DNA of 64,000 bases from Octopus bimaculoides (taxonomy: Eukaryota), in contig NC_068983.1 of assembly GCF_001194135.2 (NCBI RefSeq), positions 149,393,208 through 149,457,207 of the forward strand. The letters are read 5' to 3'. Positions 59,964 through 64,000 of this stretch are shown piece after piece. The notes under the pieces are model-generated. The model was not told the DNA's origin and searched no databases. It saw only the letters and a program-made list of their open reading frames with translations. Within the stretch, counting starts at the first letter, position 1, and each line of letters starts with the position of its first letter. A program made the position numbers and the translations under genes.

Positions 59964-62017
59964 GTATGTGTATATGTGTGTGATTGAATACCTTGGCATG
60001 ACTATAACCTGAAAGTTGGAATCAATAGCAGAATGCATATTTTCATCAGTAGTTTAGTGTTTTTTTAATACTGACATGAACTGGATACAATACAACATAT
60101 CACCATTGGAATTGATCATTTGTGATTTCATTTGTGAGCCCTAGATCTTCTTCAGAGGTTACTCTGAAACTTTTGTTCTTACTATGTGTTACTATTTCAT
60201 GCTGCGTACACTGACCATTCACATCACACCTCTCAGTGACTTCTACATTTCTTTTCTACTATCATAAGTGCAAGTGGACCAGTATCATTTTGGACATCTT
60301 TTTTTTCTATGACAACACACTACCTTGCAATAATGTCTTTCATCCTCATAGCATTAACAGATATATATAATTGATATCTTCCTACCTAGTTTCTTGGTAT
60401 TTCTCTTTCATATCTCATTTCCACAGCTTCTTGGTGTGTTGTTTAGCCCTTATAGTCCTATCTACTGTATTACTGTTTCATTATGATACCTATTACATGG
60501 GGGTATTGCTTCATACAGAGAACAGTAGGTTATCACTTAAAAATGCTAACCAAAATGATGTTATCTCACACAGTTTTGGAAATTTTGCCTAACAGAAAGA
60601 TCTTATAACTCTCATTCTTTTATTCATCATTTGTTACCATATCATCCTCATTTTGAACCTAAATACACTTACTACTGAGTTATATTAAGCGACATATGCA
60701 TCACCAAAGAGCTATATAGATATCACAGCTACCTATCCTTGTTGCCTAATTGGCTCTCATATTCACAAATGATTACAACTTGCTGGCTTAAGTACTTATG
60801 CTTTATCATTGGTCTATTCTGCGTGTCCCTGAGTGTAATTTTCAGTTACTTAGTGCGCCTATATGTAAATGCATGTAGATTGCTAATGTATATAGGGAAG
60901 TTTCTGTACATTGGCAAGTGTCTAGTTTCCTTACATTGTTGAAATGAAATACTTTCATGAACAAAACCTGCAATGGACTTACTAGAGCATAAATATCAAC
61001 TGTTTGATATTATGAAAGCTAGAATAAGCTTCATTATATTTCATCTATTACACAGATGTTAAGAAATACCTTGAATATACAAGAACATGTTGTGAAAACC
61101 CTTCCTCAAATCACACAAAATTCAACAGTGTAAATGTTCATATATGTGTAAACTGATGTCCTCATTTCTTTAGATATTATGAGGAAACAAATGAATTTGC
61201 TCCAAATGTCAAATTAAGGTGTGGGCCAATAGAATTAGTTCGCTAGAAATTTTTCAATTATGTTGGACCCACATATCTAGGCACAAAAAGACTCTGTGTG
61301 GATATGTATATTCATATACACCTACTATTTTTCAAGCTTTCTTTTTAGACATCCTATTTGTCATTCAAATAACTTTAACTCAGTATAACTTTCATATTTA
61401 TATGTGCATTTTCTTTAATATTAATATTTCCTAAAAGCAACTGCTATGATAGCTTATGTTGGTTATTTACAATTGAACAGGTTTTTGTGGTTCGTTATAT
61501 TCATAAAATACAGTGTGTAAAGCAACATAAATTCTAAATACATACTAAAGTAATACTGGGATTTAAATGTGGGTTATTTATTTGTGTTTTCCTGTGAAAT
61601 GGTTTCTTTCTTGTTCTAACCTGAAAGAACTAAACTACTAAATTGTTTCAGTTTCTTTTTCCTTGTGTCAAACTTAGTTGAGTTGAAGAGGAAATCTGGA
61701 TATCATGTAAGTTCACGTAGTACAATAAATATGTTTTGCATTGAGCACACTGATAGCAAACTAGATTAGTTACCTGACTTCATTTAACTATTACTTTCAA
61801 ATTCATAAAATACATATTATTTAATATTGATTAAATCAACTTTTTTGTCTCTGCTTTATATTTAAAAATTCATCTATAGATATTGTAATTAAGATACAAT
61901 ACACATTAATATTTTATTCATTGTTGTTATCTATATATTACAACCATATTTTTATCTAGTTTTGAAAATCATGAAAATGACAGGTTATTTAATAGATACT
62001 GAACTTGAATTCAGTAC

Positions 62018-62082
62018 CTCCTACTTCCTCCGCTGCTCCCTCGTCCAATAAAATGTTGATTTGTGGGATAAAGTCTACTTCT
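62018..62082 (-). CDS. Candidate minus-strand 65-nt exon (EVDFIPQINILLDEGAAEEVG or RSRLYPTNQHFIGRGSSGGSR)
   Basis: Acceptor ttcaacttctgtttttaatag| and donor GAG|gtactg. Locally GC-richer, two open frames. Confidence 0.3.
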
Positions 62083-62629
62083 CTATTAAAAACAGAAGTT
62101 GAAAGGTCTCTGTAGGAGTTCTCAATAGTTCAGAGAGTGAATATACCTGTTTTACACAAGGATGTCTAAACAATTTGAGTCGTTAAGGTATGCTGTTAAA
62201 AAAAAAGTTATTTTGTTTTCTTGCATATTTTCATGTCAAAACTAGTCTGATTGACACCATTCATGTGTCACACATGCAAACAGCTGAATAGTATATTACA
62301 ATATCTAGCTGATAGGTAGTGTTTATTGAAAAGTTTTACAAAAAGTCAGTTTTTTATCAATTCATCCTATTTAAAATAACATGTTAATCTATCATGTGAC
62401 AGCCTTCTAATATAATTCATGTAGATTTTAGTTACTATTCATTAACGATATCTGAACTTTTAGATTGAATCTTTAAGGGATTCAAAGTTGTCGAGTTACA
62501 TGAATATCTTATTTCATTAACACTCTTCTCAGTTGTCTTTCAGTTGCTTGTTTTTTGAAATTTTCTTAACATTTATCTTTTATAGTAATAATTCCTGATA
62601 GGTGTAAATAACAACAACAACAACAACTA

Positions 62630-62850
62630 ATATTAATTGTTTCTAACATTGGCACATAGCCACAAATTTGTGGGAGGGGCATGTCGATTAAATCAACCCA
62701 AGTACTCTTGACCAATATGTTATTTTATCAATCCTTGAAGGATGAAAGGTAAATTTGATCTCAGCAGGATTTGAACTCAAAATGTAAAGTACTGAAAAAA
62801 ATAGCATAAGGTGTTTTGTCCAAAGTTCTATCAATTTTGCCGTATTGTTG
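62630..62850 (-). mobile_element. SINE family B copy
   Basis: CATTGGCACATAGCCACAAATTTG...GGATGAAAGGTAAATTTGATCTCAGCAGGATTTGAACTC. Confidence 0.75.
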
Positions 62851-62944
62851 TTATTATTTTTATAATATAAGCCTTTTAGCTACTTCCATATGTTAGTAAA
62901 AATAGAAATATGTCTCGTTATCAACATCATCAAGATTTAATATC

Positions 62945-63540
62945 CTTGTTCCATGCAGACATGGATGGTTTGATGAGTCCAAGGACCACATCATACTCCA
63001 CTGTCTATTTTGGCATGGTTTCTACAACTGATGCCTTTCCTAACACCAGCCACAATAGTGAGGAGGTGTCTTTGTGAACCCTCAAGGTACAAAATAAGTA
63101 GAAATGAAATGGGAACAGAAGAGCTGAAAGTGGGGAATTTGCAAAGAGTATACAGGAACATAAGAGATAGGGAATGAGTGAGGCAACAAATATAATAATG
63201 ATTGAAACACAAGTGTTGAGTGGAGGTTTTGCAAATCATATGAAAATGACAGGTTATTTAATAGAGGTAGAGCAGTGGGTTTTGACCAATGATGAAGGGA
63301 TAACGAGTAACAGAATAATGATGATGATGATGATGATGATGCAGTAGACAGGAGAAAGGTGAGAGAGACAAATGATTAGTGGTTGGATAGTTTGCCAGTC
63401 TGGTGGGGGAAACAGGTGTTGTGCATAGGTAAAATGAGAGATATATGATGGTGCTGAAGATGGGATGATTTGATATCTTAGGGGTGGGGGAGTAAAACAT
63501 GGAGGATGAGGGATGGTGAGATTGAACAAGCCATCAGTAT
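62945..63540 (-). mobile_element. Old RTE subfamily 3' UTR copy (terminal module plus pyrimidine-rich body)
   Basis: Shares GAGATAGGGAATGAGTGAGGCAACAAATATAA exactly with the copy at about 19293-19324. Confidence 0.8.
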
Positions 63541-64000
63541 TGTTTAATCAGCAGAAATTTTTTCAAATAACATATAATGGTACTCTCTCTCTTTCTCTCT
63601 CTCACATACACACAAACAATGGCAGAATCAGTAGATTACTTACAAAATACTGTGATACTTAAGTAGAATAATTATTTTTATAGAGTTTATATTAATACTG
63701 CAAGGTCAATAAAATGAGTACTAGTTAATTACTCAACTAACTCAACTACATGACTTGCTCAAACTTATGACTTCATGCCAATCATTATTACTACTACTAT
63801 AAAAAGTTGCAGTTTTGCAGAATCAATAAAGCATTATACAACTTTCAGGTTCTTTACATCTTTAGTTCAAATTCTGTTGGGATTAGGTTTGTCTTTCATT
63901 TTCCCAGAGTTGATATAAAAAGTAAGAAATGGTCAAGAAGTACTAGATACTTATTTAATTGATTCTTTCTCTCCTTCCGAAATTTGTGTTCCTGTGCCTA

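Overview
AT-rich eukaryotic draft-assembly sequence with six N gaps (7542-8184, 9923-10214, 28278-28306, 34628-34637, 39039-39112, about 54946-54992). The repeat families match those I recognise from Octopus (coleoid cephalopod) genomes; this is recognition, not a database result. The window is mostly intronic/intergenic DNA dominated by retroelements. There are more than 20 pieces of RTE-clade LINEs, several with readable ORF2 remnants; a 2.6-kb relic of an R4/Dong-type restriction-like-endonuclease LINE plus a short second copy; CR1/L2-group relics; and four SINE or SINE-like families (my labels A-D). DNA-transposon relics include a hAT transposase, a maT/mariner transposase and a TTAA piggyBac-type MITE. 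Microsatellites are abundant. I found no complete protein-coding gene and can name none. Almost all ORF-track entries are artefacts of microsatellites, N gaps or repeat antisense frames. Candidate host-gene signals are a probable terminal exon at 4219-4302 (+), a CpG-retaining promoter-like region at about 12-14.4 kb, and scattered candidate exons on both strands between 17 and 62 kb. The most notable observations are: (1) an AG|GTAAGT recursive-splice-site architecture with a 40-nt cryptic exon at 36885; (2) an RTE family whose 3' UTR is an exchangeable, self-duplicating cassette between a conserved ORF2 end and a conserved hairpin-bearing terminal module; (3) a nested chain of CR1, SINE and Dong insertions in (TAA/ATT)n tails; (4) close inverted repeat pairs that could be ADAR substrates; (5) an apparently locally templated 40-nt insertion. 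Repeat boundaries were set by eye and are approximate.
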